Source of the DNA: Octopus vulgaris
Lineage: Eukaryota
Direction: 5' to 3'
DNA: 64,000 nucleotides
Assembly: GCA_951406725.2 (NCBI GenBank)
Contig: OX597816.1
Coordinates: 29,450,001-29,514,000, forward strand
In this document: one piece after another, positions 1-12,949 of the stretch
Numbering within the stretch: the first letter of the stretch is position 1
How the letters are laid out: each line of letters starts with the position of its first letter
Made by a program: the position numbers and the translations under genes
Notes under the pieces: model-generated
What the model was told of the DNA's origin: nothing
The model's input: the letters and a program-made list of their open reading frames with translations, nothing else
Database searches by the model: none

Positions 1-1262
1 CGGCTCGGCACCTGGAGAAGCAAGCCCATGCCGTCCACCAGTACCTCCGTCGTGGGACGCTGGACAGACGACCCAGTTGAGTTGCTCGGGGTCTGGTTCG
101 GTCCGGACCTCCAAATGGAGAAGAACTGGAACGAGATAACGAGTAGGGTGGTCACTCTCGCCCAGCAATGGGCCGAGAGGAAACTGTCCCTAAAAGGTCG
201 GGCGGAGGTGGTGAACGCGTACATCGCGTCCATCATCTACTACCGCCTGACCGTCGTACCTTGTCCCGACCCTACCATCACCAAACTAGAACGCATCCTC
301 TTCCGCTTCTTGTGGAAAGGATGCGTCCCGATGGTCAGGCGATCCATTTGCTGTCAACACCCGTTAAAAGGAGGGCTGGGCATGCCGTGGTTGATGATGC
401 GCAGACACGCGCTGAGACTGCGACATCTCCGGCTCTATGTAGACGACGGTGAACAGGTGTGGTCGCCGTTTGTGAGGCACGCATTCCCGCAACTCGTCTC
501 CATGACCGAACTACAGTCGTGGATCAAAAAGAGGCCGAAGAAGGGCGAATGGCACCGCGAGTGTCGCGTTGCTCTCAAGCAACTCTGCCGTCCCGGGTCG
601 ACCTTGAGTGACTTCAACACAACCAAAGCATTCTATAGGGGATTAGTGGAGGGGAGGTACGACGACGAGCTCGGGGCAAACCTGGGCGTCGACGAGGAAT
701 ACCTGACCCGCCTGTTTCAAACGACTTTCGGCCCGGGACCTATGGACAACTTCCAGAGATCCCTGGCCTGGCGGTGCTACCGAGAAGCGCTACCCGTTCG
801 GGATAAGCTCTATAGGCATGGCTCGAGAAACACGGGGCCGACCTGCCCGAGATGCGGGCAGAGCGACGAAACCGCTCTGCACGCAATCGTGCAGTGTCCA
901 GCAATTTCCCACCTGTGGGCTTATGTCGAACGACTGCTGTCACGTGTGGGACGTGTCGGTTTATCAGCCGAGTCTATCGTTAATATCGTCACGCCTCCTT
1001 CCTTCAAACGGGAAGGAAGAGCTATTTTTATCATACTTGTGGCTATGGCGAAAGAATGTATCTGGTGGACGCGTCTGAAAGGATTAGAGACAAACACTTT
1101 CCTCTCTGGTCAATCTCTCATCAACTTCTTCAAGTATCACTTGAAGAAAAAGTGAGAGTAGAGAGGCAAGTTTTGTCTAGTGAATGTTTTAAAAAAAGAT
1201 GGGTGAATGTAGCAAGGATGGCACGTATGAATGACGAAGCCACCTTGACTATGATTCTATGA
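1..1262 (+). CDS. Tx1/L1-type ORF2 C-terminal part (RT thumb + zinc finger), 5'-partial, with a 1-nt frameshift near 1146-1151
   Basis: Frame open from base 1 through ORF 28..1155. After HLKKK* the expected C-terminus (KVRVERQVLSSECFKKRW...) continues in ORF 1056..1262. Confidence 0.8.
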
Positions 1263-1561
1263 ACCGTAAAAATTAATACAGAGAGTTGCTTATTTGCAAA
1301 AAAAAAAAAAAAAAAAGAAATATAACATGTGACTTCATTGACCGAGGTTACCGTGGTCTTTTCCGTAGGCTTTTCTTTCCACGGGTAAACCTCACCTGTC
1401 CTCCCCTTTACACTTCATATTGACATTTCTGTGATAACGATCCCTATTGATCAATTTTTTTTCCTCCCCCTTTTTTTTTAACCCCCCTTTTTTGTCCTCT
1501 TTCTCTCCTTTTACGATCCCTTTTGATCGACCCCCCCTTTTTTATTTTATTTTATTTTTTA

Positions 1562-1595
<34 letters not shown>

Positions 1596-1680
1596 TTTTT
1601 TTTTAAACCTTCAAAAGAAAAGCTCTACCTTGTAATTTGTTCTATCTGTGTGCAGCCCTGTGTGGCTAATAAAGAAACAT
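1..1680 (+). mobile_element. Tx1/L1-clade non-LTR retrotransposon, 3' part (runs off window start), ending at an (ATCT)n tract
   Basis: GC-rich ORF with RT C-terminal/thumb motifs (LLGVWFG, WAERKLSLKGRA, GGLGMP) and zf-RVT CCHC finger (CPRC..ETALHAIVQCP). A T-rich 3' UTR ends AATAAAGAAAC, followed by (ATCT)n. Confidence 0.85.
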
Positions 1681-1694
1681 ATCTATCTATCTAC

Positions 1695-1744
<50 letters not shown>

Positions 1745-1765
1745 CTTTCTCTCTCTCTCTCTCTC
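1680..1765. repeat. (ATCT)n followed by (CT)n microsatellite
   Basis: Directly visible. Confidence 0.95.
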
Positions 1766-2135
1766 AGTCTGTACTGATACCATGTAACAAGTATCCAGTG
1801 CATACTGTAGAGTGTTTGACGTTTGGAAGGGCATCCAGTTGTACAATCACTACCAAAAACTGTGCTCGTGACACATAAGAAACTCTCAGTCCACTCTGCG
1901 GGAAAGTCGGAGTTAGGATGAGTACCCTCCAGTAAAAACCATGCCAAAACAGACACAGAAGTCTGGTGCAGTCTTCTGCGTGGCTAACTCCTGTCATTCC
2001 GTCCAACTCATGCCAGCATGGAAAGCGGACATTAAACGATGATGATGATGATATATATATATATATATATATATATATCATTCCGTCCAACTCATGCCAG
2101 CATGGAAAGCGGACATTAAACGATGATGATGATGA

Positions 2136-2175
<40 letters not shown>

Positions 2176-2462
2176 TCATCATCATCATCGTTTAATGTCC
2201 GCTTTCCATGCTGGCATGAGTTGGACGGAATGACAGGAGTTAGCCACGCAGAAGACTGCACCAGACTTCTGTGTCTGTTTTGGCATGGTTTTTTACTGGA
2301 GGGTACTCATCCTAACTCCGACTTTCCCGTAAAGTGGACTGAGAGTTTCTTATGTGTCACGAGCACAGTTTTTGGTAGTGATTGTACAACTGGATGCCCT
2401 TCCAAACGCCAAACACTCTACAGTATGCACTGGATGCTTGTTACATGGTATCAGTACAGACT
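1766..2462. repeat. Fold-back inverted duplication (~290-bp arms) of a retroposon 3' end with (GAT)n tail, centred on (TA)n, with an internal ~60-bp extra copy
   Basis: 1766-2051 is the reverse complement of 2172-2462 with a few mismatches. 2078-2138 repeats the tail CATGCCAGCATGGAAAGCGGACATTAAACGATGAT. Confidence 0.9.
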
Positions 2463-2939
2463 AGATCGTCAAGGAACTTGCAAGACAAACATTCTTTGGA
2501 CATATACACAGGGAGCGGTGACCAGAATATAAATGGGATGATAGAGTAAAGAAAGAGAGAGATAGATGGTGGTAGGTGTCAGAGCATTCCCTCAAGGTAC
2601 GGAAGTCATAATATACATGGAAGGATATTGTCGAAGAAGCTTGTGTAAAGAGTAGAGACCTCGCATGGATGCACAGAGCGTGGGGGTGGGAAATGTAGTG
2701 ACTGGTGAAAACCTGGTTATAGAGTGGGTGGGTGAATATGGGAGAGCAATGATACAATGAGCAGAATAGTGAGAACTCGATTGGGGAGTGTGAGATAAGC
2801 ATAATGCAAGAGAGAGGAAATGTGAGGAAGAGAAGAGATGTAGTTTGGTTTGTTGGTGCAGGGTGTGTGAAAAGTAATGTCACATGTGGATGGAATAAAC
2901 AGCGCTTCTAAAACTTAGTTTCTCTGACGCGGGCGGCAC

Positions 2940-5215
2940 TTCTAAAGAATTTCATATTGCTAGACATCTCGGTCCATTGTCACTTCCTCCGTGAGGCCCA
3001 ACACCCTGAGAATAGTTCTTTCCACTTCATTCCATGTCTTCCTGGGTCTTCCTCTATCGCGGGTACCATCCGCTTTCAGTAGTCGACACTTCTTTATACA
3101 GCTGTTTCATACATATGCACCACATGTTCAAACCGACGTAGTCTTCTCTCTTGCACGTTGCATCTTATTCCTCTTATTCCTCTTTTCTCTAAACTCATTT
3201 GCACCTTGTCCTACATGCACACTAATGTTGCACATCCAACAGAGCATACTCCTTTAATTTATCTTTAGTCTACGCATGATTCTGCATTCAGAGCCCGTGT
3301 CTCACTACTATGGTGTAAAGCGTTCGTACACGAGCATCATAAAATCTTCTTTCCACTTTGAGAGAGAGAGAGACAGACAGACAGAGAGAGTCATTTTGCT
3401 TCCAACAGAGGCAATAGATCTGTGCACTTCCTCCATTCTATTCTTATTTTGAAAAGAATAATTTCAGAGCATACTCCACTATTGCTAATTTGGTCATCTA
3501 GGCAACAGAAACTATCTGCAACTTCAAGAGAGCCTCCTAGGTTAATTTCCTTGTACCCTTAGTGCTTATTGTTCCTGCGTAACTGGCACATACAAAGACG
3601 ACTTTATCAATTAATCTACCTATGATTCCACTGCAGGAATGACCTTTACCCTTGTAGTAGCTAACTCTAATACTACTACATTAGTCGTTAAGGATGATGC
3701 CTTCCTACATAACCTGATTAACTCTACGGGTGACTAGACTGCCGCGCAGGATCGTCCAATTATCCCCTAAGCTACACCGCCGGATATTGTAATCATCTCG
3801 GTAGTGATTGCTGGTGGTCCAGAGGCTCTGCCTGTCTTTATATCCTTGTCTGATCTATTATATTGCTATCAAGTCGGATCGCTGGCCCCTCAATTGGTTC
3901 AATATTTAAAAGACTCTCCTTCTTCCATTCATTTTCCACATTTAGTAACCTTTCATAGTAACACTTCCATGCATCTTTCTTCTCTGAGTCACTAAGTGCA
4001 AGCAAACCATTATCCATTCGCATACATGTCTCACCTATCACATTTCCATTCTCTCTGTCACTCTGCTTTGCAATCCTGAACACCTCAAACCGCTTATCCC
4101 CATGCAGTGGAACTTTGGCAAATCTCTTACCTTCTGTAATTCAATTTGATCTGTAAACATGTCGCCTAGCTTCACTTCTGCTTACCTGGTATTATTATAC
4201 CACCGTTTTTCCCGTCTTTCCCGTCTTTCCCGTCTCTTTGCTTTTAAAGCACTGTCTACCTCCTTGTTCCTCCACCATGTAACCTTCACTTTAGCTGAGA
4301 TATTGCATCAGCCTCAGATTTGTTCTGTAGCCCTGTAGCCCTCAATAGATTGTCCTAGAGGAACGTCCAATTCTCTAAGCTATATGTCCTCACATATTCC
4401 TCTCTTTTTTTCAGAGGATTCCATTAAAATATTCCAAATTTTTGTCAGTTTGCTGTGTCTTTGGGTTTCGGCATCCGGAGGTTGGCAACAAGTTTTTTGG
4501 GGGGTGGATGCAAATTTCTTTAAACTGGATCTCTTCCTGTCAGGTGTCCCGGATGAACCAACTTCACGGCAGGAGGTGCAGATGAGGGCAGCTGCATCGA
4601 ACTCTCTCATGCACCAAATGGCAATTGCTAAAAAACATTCGTGAAGTAAAATCATGTAGCAACACCAAATGGCGGTGCCCTAGCATGGCCACTGCTCGTG
4701 AGCTGAAACTAGATAAAATAAAATAAATCATAATCTTATTTTCAGACTGGTTTATTTCTTCAGGCCTTTCTAGCTCCGATCATTAAGTCACTAACTAGTA
4801 ATCTATGTTGGGTTGTACACTCTTTACCTGGCAAAGACTTCACATTTGCGAGCATTTGCCTCCCTTGTTGCCCGGTGAGTAAGGTAATCAATCTGGCTTA
4901 CGTGTCGACTACACTGATAATTGGTTAGGAACCTGGCTGGTTTCTGCAGTTAGAGTTGCAGATCATGAGATATTCGCATCATAGAACTCCAGTAGATTTG
5001 TTCCATCCACGTTTCTAGAGTCAAAGGCATAACCACCATGTACATCATCGAATCCTTGAGAATGCTGCCTAGCATATCCAATAAAGTCATCGGCCACAAT
5101 AACCAAGCCTTTGTCATTTGTATTTGAGTAGCCTGCTTAAGGACCTCGTAAAATTTGTTTTTCTAGTCATCAGCCAAACAAGACTGTGGAGCATAGGTAG
5201 AGATAAATGTAATCG
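2940..5215 (-). mobile_element. Decayed RTE-clade LINE (endonuclease, linker and C-terminus; RT core largely deleted)
   Basis: Minus-strand fragments: ISTYAPQ and FDDVHGGYAFDSRN..G (APE); FRIAKQ..REN..V.G.TC.R..G.L......K.AW..YYE.LLN.EN; RGRPRKTW near 3030-3060. Many stops and frameshifts. Confidence 0.8.
4440..4728 (+). mobile_element. Short 5'-truncated CR1-group LINE 3' end nested in the RTE
   Basis: Encodes FKLDLFLSGVPDEP...AASNSL, homologous to the C-terminus of the intact LINE at 5739. Ends in a stem-loop and (TAAAA)n tail. Confidence 0.75.
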
Positions 5216-5219
5216 TTAA

Positions 5220-5651
<432 letters not shown>

Positions 5652-8600
5652 AACTTAGAATAACTTATAAAGGTTTTTGGCCAGTATTGGCCCAGGCCAT
5701 GTCTAACTTAATAGCACCACCTGGCGAAGTCTTTCAGTTCAGGATTTGGGCACCAAGGCCCATTCGAGCAGAGAGTTATTGTTTGCGGAGACATATCCGG
5801 GTGTGGGTGGTTTGTCCGGTACTGTTTGAAGGAATTTGTCCAAAGACTTCTTGAATTTTGTGTGGTCAGTTTCTTTTTTGACGTGTCCTGGTGTAATGTT
5901 GAAGAGAGCGGGTCCAATTGAGGTGAAATAGTTGTGCCGTATTGTCGTTATGTGATGCGATTTATATTTTAGATGTGGACGGATGGCACGTGGTCCAAGC
6001 CTTGGATGCATTTTGAAGGTGATGCCAACATCATTCGGACAGTGCTGATGGAATATTTTCCACATCATACAGATAATGTAGCGTTCACGGCGTCGTTGGA
6101 GTGAATACAATTTCAGCTTCTCTAGTCTACCCCAGTAGTCAAGGTCTGACATGCCATCTATCTTTTTTGTGATTGACCTTTGGGGAGCTTCAATTCTCAT
6201 AATATTTTGTTTTGTGTAGGGAGACCACAGTGGACAGCAGTATTCAAGGTGGGGTCGGGCAAAAGTGGAGAAGAGAAGGATAATAGCGTGGGAATCTCTC
6301 GACTGGAAGGTTCTGAGAATCCAGGAACACATTCTGCGGGCCATGTCAACTTTGCTGCTTATATGTGTAGCCCAGCTTATGTTGTTGTCCACTGTTACTC
6401 CCAGGTCTCTGATGTTGTTGGATGCCATGAGAATTTCTCCAGAAGGAAGAGAGTATGGGAGTTTCAGAGCGTCCTCCCTTCCAAAGTGGATCAGTTCGAA
6501 TTTGTCTTCATTTAGCAACATGTTATTCTTTTCCGCCCATTGGACAACAGCCAGTAGGTCTGACTGAAGGTTTATTCGGTCATCCACGCCATTGATGACC
6601 TTCTGGAGCTTGGAATCATCAGCGAAGGTTCTGATGTTGCTGTGTTTGATGGTGTCAGTAAAATCATTTATGTAGATGATGAAGAGAAGTGGGCCCAACA
6701 CAGTGCCTTGTGGGACACCACTGCTGACTTTGGCTGGGCTGGATTTGACTCCTTCGACTACAACATGTTGGGTTCTGTTAGAGAGAAAGCACTTGATCCA
6801 TTGCAGCAGCTTTCCAGTGACACCAATATTGGACAGCTTTCTCAGAAGGATCTTATGATCAACCCTGTCAAAGGCCTTGCTGAAATCAAGGTAGATAACA
6901 TCAGTGTTGGAACCCTCTCCCAAGGCTCTCAAAATATCATCAAAATGATGCAGTAGCTGCGCCAGGCAATCTCTCCCATTACGGAATCCATGCTGGTTGG
7001 GGTTCAGCATATTATGACTCTCAAGGAAGTGAGTCATACGCGATCTCAGCACCCTCTCAAATACCTTGATGATATGAGAGGTGAGTGAGATTGGACGGTA
7101 ATTCACGGCAAGCGATTTGTTTCCTTTTTTGAAAACTGGGACAACAGACTGGGATAGAAGGTCTTCTGGTATATATCCAGCATCCAATGAGTTCCGCCAC
7201 AGATTGGCTAGAGGGGGTGCAAGTTGGTTTTGACACATCTTCAAGACACAAGCAGGGAACCTATCGGGACCTACTGCTGAATTATGCTTCATTTCCTTTA
7301 TTGCTGCTAAGACATCAGGAGCGCCAAATGTTATGTCCGATAAAGTGTATTGGGGAGTAACATCACTGATACAGCCCAGATCAGTCATATCAGGATTGCT
7401 GAAAACAGAGCAATATTGTTTCTGCAATATTTCTCCCATGGTTTTGGCATTGTCTTGAAGAGTACCATTTTCATCAATCAGAGGGCCAACAGTAGAACCA
7501 GTGACTCTGTGTTTTTTTGCAAATGAAAAGAACACTTTGGGATTGAGTTTGATCTTCTCAATGGCCCAGGCCTCTTCAGCTCTTCGCTGACTATTGATGA
7601 TAGACATCATGTTGTTTTGGAGTTTATGTTTTTTAATCTCTAGCGACGAGATGGCAGTCAGGTTGGTGTGTTGCTGTTGACAGTATTTCAGCATGTTGAT
7701 CTTTTTGTTGATTCTTTTAATTTTCCTTATGAGAGATTTTCTATTTCTAGGGATTCGACACTTAGATTTGTTTGCAGATCTTAATGGGGTGTGTCTTGCA
7801 CATATGTTCGTGATGGTGTCTACAAGTGACTGCCAGGACTTTTTGATGTTAGTGGGTGTGTATGTGTGCGTGAAGGACCAATCGACTTGTGCAAGATCAT
7901 TATTGATCGCTTCCCAGTTTGCATTGTGGAAATCCATAGTGTCAAATGGATGAACAGGAGGGATGACATTTGTTTTGCATTTTGGCCAGTGAAATCTCAG
8001 ATCACAGAGAACCATGTCATGGTCGGAGAGTAGGGTTTTCTCCACTGCAATATTGTGGATAGTATCAGTGTGATTGCTGAAAATTAAGTCTAAGACGTTT
8101 TTGTGACATCTCGTTGGTTCGAGTACCAGTTGGGACAAGAAGAAGTCATCCATGAAGTCAAGAAGCGATTCCACTGCCTCCCTGTCAGGGGTTGAGAGAG
8201 AAGAACCTGGCGGCCGACTGTTTGTAGACCAGTAAACCCCGGAAAGGTTGAAATCTCCCATCATTAAAATGTTGTCAGGTTGACACTGCTGAATGAAACA
8301 CTTTATGCTGTTGAGGCATTCCTTGAAGCATGGTAGGGGCGTTTGGGGTGGTCTGTAGAGCCCAACTACTGTTAAGTTGTTGGTTTGACTGAATACAGCG
8401 ACTGCTTCGCAGTATCCATTCGAAAATATGTTCATGGCTTCTGTTGAGAATGAATCATGGACATAAATGGCAGTCCCACCCTTTCTTCTGCCAACACGAT
8501 CAGCACGAATGGTTTTGAAATTTTTAACTTTCACCTCGGCTTCCAAGTGGAGGTCACTAAGATGGGTTTCAGTGAGGACGAAGAAAGGGATGTGGTTTGG

Positions 8601-8759
8601 ATGGGCCTCGACCCAGTCCTCCAGGAATCTTATCTTCCATGTTTGTGTATTGGTGGAAGGGCTGATGCCTTGGGCATTAAGCAGAAATGTTGAGGCGAGA
8701 GTGGATGGTTTTAATTGTTTTGGTGATTTGTTTATTTGATTGCTTTTTAATGGCATGTG
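5652..8759 (-). mobile_element. CR1/L2-group LINE with intact ORF2, inserted in (TA)n; no ORF1 present
   Basis: One uninterrupted APE+RT ORF and a ~90-nt 3' UTR. (TA)n tracts abut both ends. Confidence 0.92.
5739..8756 (-). CDS. LINE ORF2: apurinic-type endonuclease + reverse transcriptase (1005 aa from MPLKS)
   Basis: Motifs LNAQG, LTETHL, GLYRPP, MGDFN, LDLIF, SDHD (APE); NYRPISLT, QHGFR, YLDFSKAFD, GVPQGTVLGPLLF, FADD, RDLGV (RT). The first 54 aa of the listed 1059-aa ORF are SINE/(TA)n read-through. Confidence 0.92.
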   Translation of the reverse strand: MPLKSNQINKSPKQLKPSTLASTFLLNAQGISPSTNTQTWKIRFLEDWVEAHPNHIPFFVLTETHLSDLHLEAEVKVKNFKTIRADRVGRRKGGTAIYVHDSFSTEAMNIFSNGYCEAVAVFSQTNNLTVVGLYRPPQTPLPCFKECLNSIKCFIQQCQPDNILMMGDFNLSGVYWSTNSRPPGSSLSTPDREAVESLLDFMDDFFLSQLVLEPTRCHKNVLDLIFSNHTDTIHNIAVEKTLLSDHDMVLCDLRFHWPKCKTNVIPPVHPFDTMDFHNANWEAINNDLAQVDWSFTHTYTPTNIKKSWQSLVDTITNICARHTPLRSANKSKCRIPRNRKSLIRKIKRINKKINMLKYCQQQHTNLTAISSLEIKKHKLQNNMMSIINSQRRAEEAWAIEKIKLNPKVFFSFAKKHRVTGSTVGPLIDENGTLQDNAKTMGEILQKQYCSVFSNPDMTDLGCISDVTPQYTLSDITFGAPDVLAAIKEMKHNSAVGPDRFPACVLKMCQNQLAPPLANLWRNSLDAGYIPEDLLSQSVVPVFKKGNKSLAVNYRPISLTSHIIKVFERVLRSRMTHFLESHNMLNPNQHGFRNGRDCLAQLLHHFDDILRALGEGSNTDVIYLDFSKAFDRVDHKILLRKLSNIGVTGKLLQWIKCFLSNRTQHVVVEGVKSSPAKVSSGVPQGTVLGPLLFIIYINDFTDTIKHSNIRTFADDSKLQKVINGVDDRINLQSDLLAVVQWAEKNNMLLNEDKFELIHFGREDALKLPYSLPSGEILMASNNIRDLGVTVDNNISWATHISSKVDMARRMCSWILRTFQSRDSHAIILLFSTFARPHLEYCCPLWSPYTKQNIMRIEAPQRSITKKIDGMSDLDYWGRLEKLKLYSLQRRRERYIICMMWKIFHQHCPNDVGITFKMHPRLGPRAIRPHLKYKSHHITTIRHNYFTSIGPALFNITPGHVKKETDHTKFKKSLDKFLQTVPDKPPTPGYVSANNNSLLEWALVPKS

Positions 8760-8775
8760 TATATATATATATTTA

Positions 8776-8815
<40 letters not shown>

Positions 8816-8844
8816 TTGTATATATATATATATATATATATATA

Positions 8845-9005
8845 CGCACACGACAGGCTTCTTTCAGCTTCCATCTAACAAATCCTCTCAGAAGTCTTTG
8901 GTCTATAGTAGGAGACACTTGGACAAGGTGCTTTGCAGCGGAACTGAGCCCAGACCTTGTGGTGAAGAAGCAAACCTCTCACCACAGAATCACACATGTC
9001 CCTAT
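8845..9005 (-). mobile_element. 5' half of tRNA-derived SINE family A (family with internal TA/TG tract)
   Basis: Diverged match to the head of the copies at 24220, 27737 and 47545. Confidence 0.7.
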
Positions 9006-11334
9006 ATTCCACGCCTATCCTTATTTATGTATATGCGTCTATAACTTTCACTTTAAAATGTATTTTTAATATGCTGGCTATTGATTAAATCTTTTGAAAA
9101 TGTTGTCCCATATTAGATGGAAATTTTATGCATATATGTAAATATATTTTGTATATATCTACGTTTTGGCCTTCTAGACTGTTACTGAGAATTTGAGAAC
9201 TTCCATGTGCAAAGTATATCCCCAAAGGGCAGGCTTAGCAATAGTTTCTTTTTTATGCTTATATAGAAAACTAGACATCGTACATACATACAAACCTCCC
9301 TTATCCACACCAGTGCTGTTGTGCTGTTGTCTAAGAAAATGTAGCCTATGGACCCTCGCACCAGTGCAGTTTCAAACGTTACCGTCAGAATGCAATAAAG
9401 AGTAATACACATGCATCTTACCTGATGCTCAATTAAATCCCCAGGTCATGTATTTCTATGTATTTGTATTTTCATCGCTCAGTCGGGAGCAAAGAATATG
9501 CCACGACATCCTTCGAAAATGGTCGGAGTTAAAGGAAATGACATTACGCTTAACAGGAGGCTGAATCCACTCTGTGTTTCTGAGAGTCAAGATCACCGAG
9601 CACAGTGGTATATCTCTGTTACTGAAAGTTCAAAGAGAAGGTTGTGTGAAGCAGCTGAAATAAGCACAGCTGGAAAACAGCTCAGGATAATCGGAAAAAA
9701 TTCTAATTTGCAGAATATATTTCTGGGCAGTAAACTATAAATGGTCTCAATTTTACCGAGTCATATCAACAAAATATTTACATTGGTCATTTTTATACAA
9801 TAACACGATATTGTAAATTGATTTTGAAATTTTCTTTGTAATACTGACATTATTGAATCGGATATGTGTTTGTGTGTTTGTGTGTGTGCTTGTTTGTATG
9901 TGTGCGTGTACTGTGTGTTCGTGCATACATATGTATGAGCGTAATCTTTTGTATGTTTATGTGTGTGTTGTTCATTCGTAACATCATGACGACGATTCTA
10001 CATTTTAGCACAAGCAAAAGAAATTATCTGTCAACGTATTAAGATTTGTATTCTTCCATACCCATAGGGCAGAAGAGATCAAACATATCATAATAAAATA
10101 GAAACATTGAAACAGTGACATTCATGATATTTTATCTATATGTGAGTATATTGTCCAATATGTATTTCCTTGTTTTAAAACCGCAGGGTGTGGTTTTGGG
10201 GATTAATAGACTGCTCTTTCTAGCAGAAATAGCAGCCTGTTCATTATCCTTTGTTGGTACGAGGAATGTAACTCTTTGTTATCATCTTTAGTCTTTATGT
10301 CTCCTCAAATAAATCTTTTATAGAATATATAAATATTTCTTGTTGTCACTGATTATTATCCGTTAAATTTTGGTATGTATTTTACTTATTTACTTTTAGG
10401 TTTTATAAGTTTAATAACAGGTAGATATTAATTAAATTTAAATATATTTGTCTCTGAAGGTTCATGTGGTAATTTCCGGATATTGTCTACGAGATATTTA
10501 AGGCAGTTCATAGAGTAAACTTAATTACATTTTGTAAAGTGAAGAATTTCTTTAAAACATTACGACTGTGAACTACATTCTTTCGGAAATAATTTTAAAT
10601 CAAATCTTTGCATGAAATTACTAATTAATTTTAATTGCAATGAAATTTGCATCCGTAATCATTTGAGGAAAATTAATTTGAAATTATTTATATCAGTCCT
10701 CTTTCGTTTGAATAGTTGTACGAATTTCTATATTATTTCCTTGAATTTCTATATTATTTCTGTAGCAATCTGCAAAAAACAAAATTAAAAAGAACTCTTG
10801 AAATATTTTCTACTCCATGATGAAAATTCACCTAAGGAATGATTTTTCTACATGTTTTAAACATGTTTTACAGTGCATGAATAAAATAAATTTCATAATT
10901 GAATAGATAAAATTTTTCATTGAAGGTGGGAGGATTCTCAGTTTTCAATATATATTCTTAAGGATAGTAATTACAGGTTTATGAATCCTAAAAATATTCA
11001 GAACATAGAAACATATGTCTCTTCAGGTTGCAGAAATTTCGTTTGACAGTAAATTTTATTTTAATCAAGAATAGCTGGTAAAGAAAAAATATAGATATTT
11101 AACTGATATTTTTAGAAGGCCGTAAGTGTAGAGACTCACTAATTAATATAACGTTAAAGCAAACGTATTTACGTTAGATAAATAACATGGTTGAAAGAGA
11201 AATCTCACCCATCCTACTGAGAGCTGTTCTCTAACTAGCATTCTGCATATTTAGAAAGACATAATTAATCATACCATTTGTTATATAAAGTATGGAGTAA
11301 AAATGTAGGATAAAAATCCCTCCGGGGAAATAAA

Positions 11335-11520
11335 GACTCATAGGTCCGATTTTCCGATTACCATGTTGCTTATATTTTCCCTTTAAGGACGGGACGCCAT
11401 CTGTCGTAGGAAATATCCATCTTCATCAGCTGAGTGGATAGGAGCAATGTGCAATGAGGTTTTTCTCAAGAATACAGCGCATAACCCAATCGAAATCACA
11501 GTGTTACATTCCTGAGTCCT
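11335..11520 (-). mobile_element. Old CORE/MIR-like SINE remnant
   Basis: CAGCTGAGTGGA..GGAGCAA...TTCTCAAG resembles similar remnants at 45400-45600 and 34980-35050. Confidence 0.45.
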
Positions 11521-11666
11521 TTTCGATGTATTGGCTTATGATTTTCACTATTTGATTTGCCTAATAGTTGTTTTATCTCTAATTTAATATAATATATATT
11601 TATACTATAAAATTGGATTTAATCCTAAATCTAATTTTTCCCTGTATGTTTGGATTTACTCCCTAA

Positions 11667-11779
<113 letters not shown>

Positions 11780-12949
11780 GTTCGATTGATAAAAGCAAAC
11801 ACCAATAGGCTATAATTTGCTCATGAGGTCCAGTATGGTACATACATAACGTAACTGTCGCTTCCTTGCAAAATAAACATTAAATTCTGCCCAAATCATA
11901 GCGATTAATTAGGAGTGATTAATCCTTAATGTTTTGCGTTATATCTTCCGTTTTTATGAGAGTCGTTAACAATTACTAATAGGTTTATTATAGCCAATTT
12001 ATGTCATGCACTATTTTTCTGTGAGCCATTTAGTACGCAAAAACTTGATTTATTTAAAAATTGTGCCGGTAAACTGATTGAATTATTTTCTGCTGTTCGT
12101 TTTTATCTATTCTTTAAGAATAGCCATTTCCCATGCATGTTTTCGTTAATATACAAGCAGTAACGTATATTTATTAGTCTTTAACACTTTCTTTAAGTAT
12201 ACATTTCACGTGTACGGCATGATAAATTGTGTGAATATATGTCTGTGTGTGTGTGTTTCGGTGTTATGAAATAGAATGGAGAATTATAAGCGCGACACAA
12301 GAAACAAGAACGTAAATGCAAACAAATTACTTTTAAGGTCATTCTTGCACTCCTATATTATATTAAACTACGAATAAAAGTGTCAACGTTAATTATCAAT
12401 CATATCGTACTGAATTCAAATTGTAATCTCAATTTCACCTCGGTGTTACACTTGTATTAATTTGCTACATTTATAAATTAAATAATCATTCTATAAATTA
12501 CGTTATTGACGAGGATTTAATATACAAGATGCGAGTAGAATTAGACGCACTTAACCATCAGAATATTGCTCTCTCCCAACCAATTAAAGGACTTTGATTA
12601 CTTTCAGATCCCATAACGCAAATAAAACGTTAATGCAAGCCACGAAGAGACAAGCAGTACTTGCCGCCATATGTGTGCTGTATCGGTTTAGACATTGTCA
12701 ACTTTCTAATTGTTTTATGATCTTATGTACTCGAAGCGAAGATCAAATTGAACGGGAAGACACTGACTGGTATGTTTCAACTGCAAGAAAGAGAAAAAGA
12801 TATTCTAAATGTTTGGGCATTATAAGGATATCACGATGCATCCAATGTGTTTAAAATATTGTCGATTTTTAATTCCAGAAAATCAGTGAGACCAAACGGC
12901 GAAGATCTTCAAGAGTCGGAATGAACTATCAGAATAGCGGTGCAAGTAA

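Noticed and set aside
6180-8739. Plus-strand ORFs inside the LINE, and antisense ORFs inside the PLE
   Set aside because: Antisense shadows of the real RT ORFs.
8757-8918. N-terminal 54 aa of the 1059-aa LINE ORF as a SINE-LINE fusion protein
   Set aside because: Chance read-through of a SINE fragment and (TA)n. LINE homology starts at 8756.
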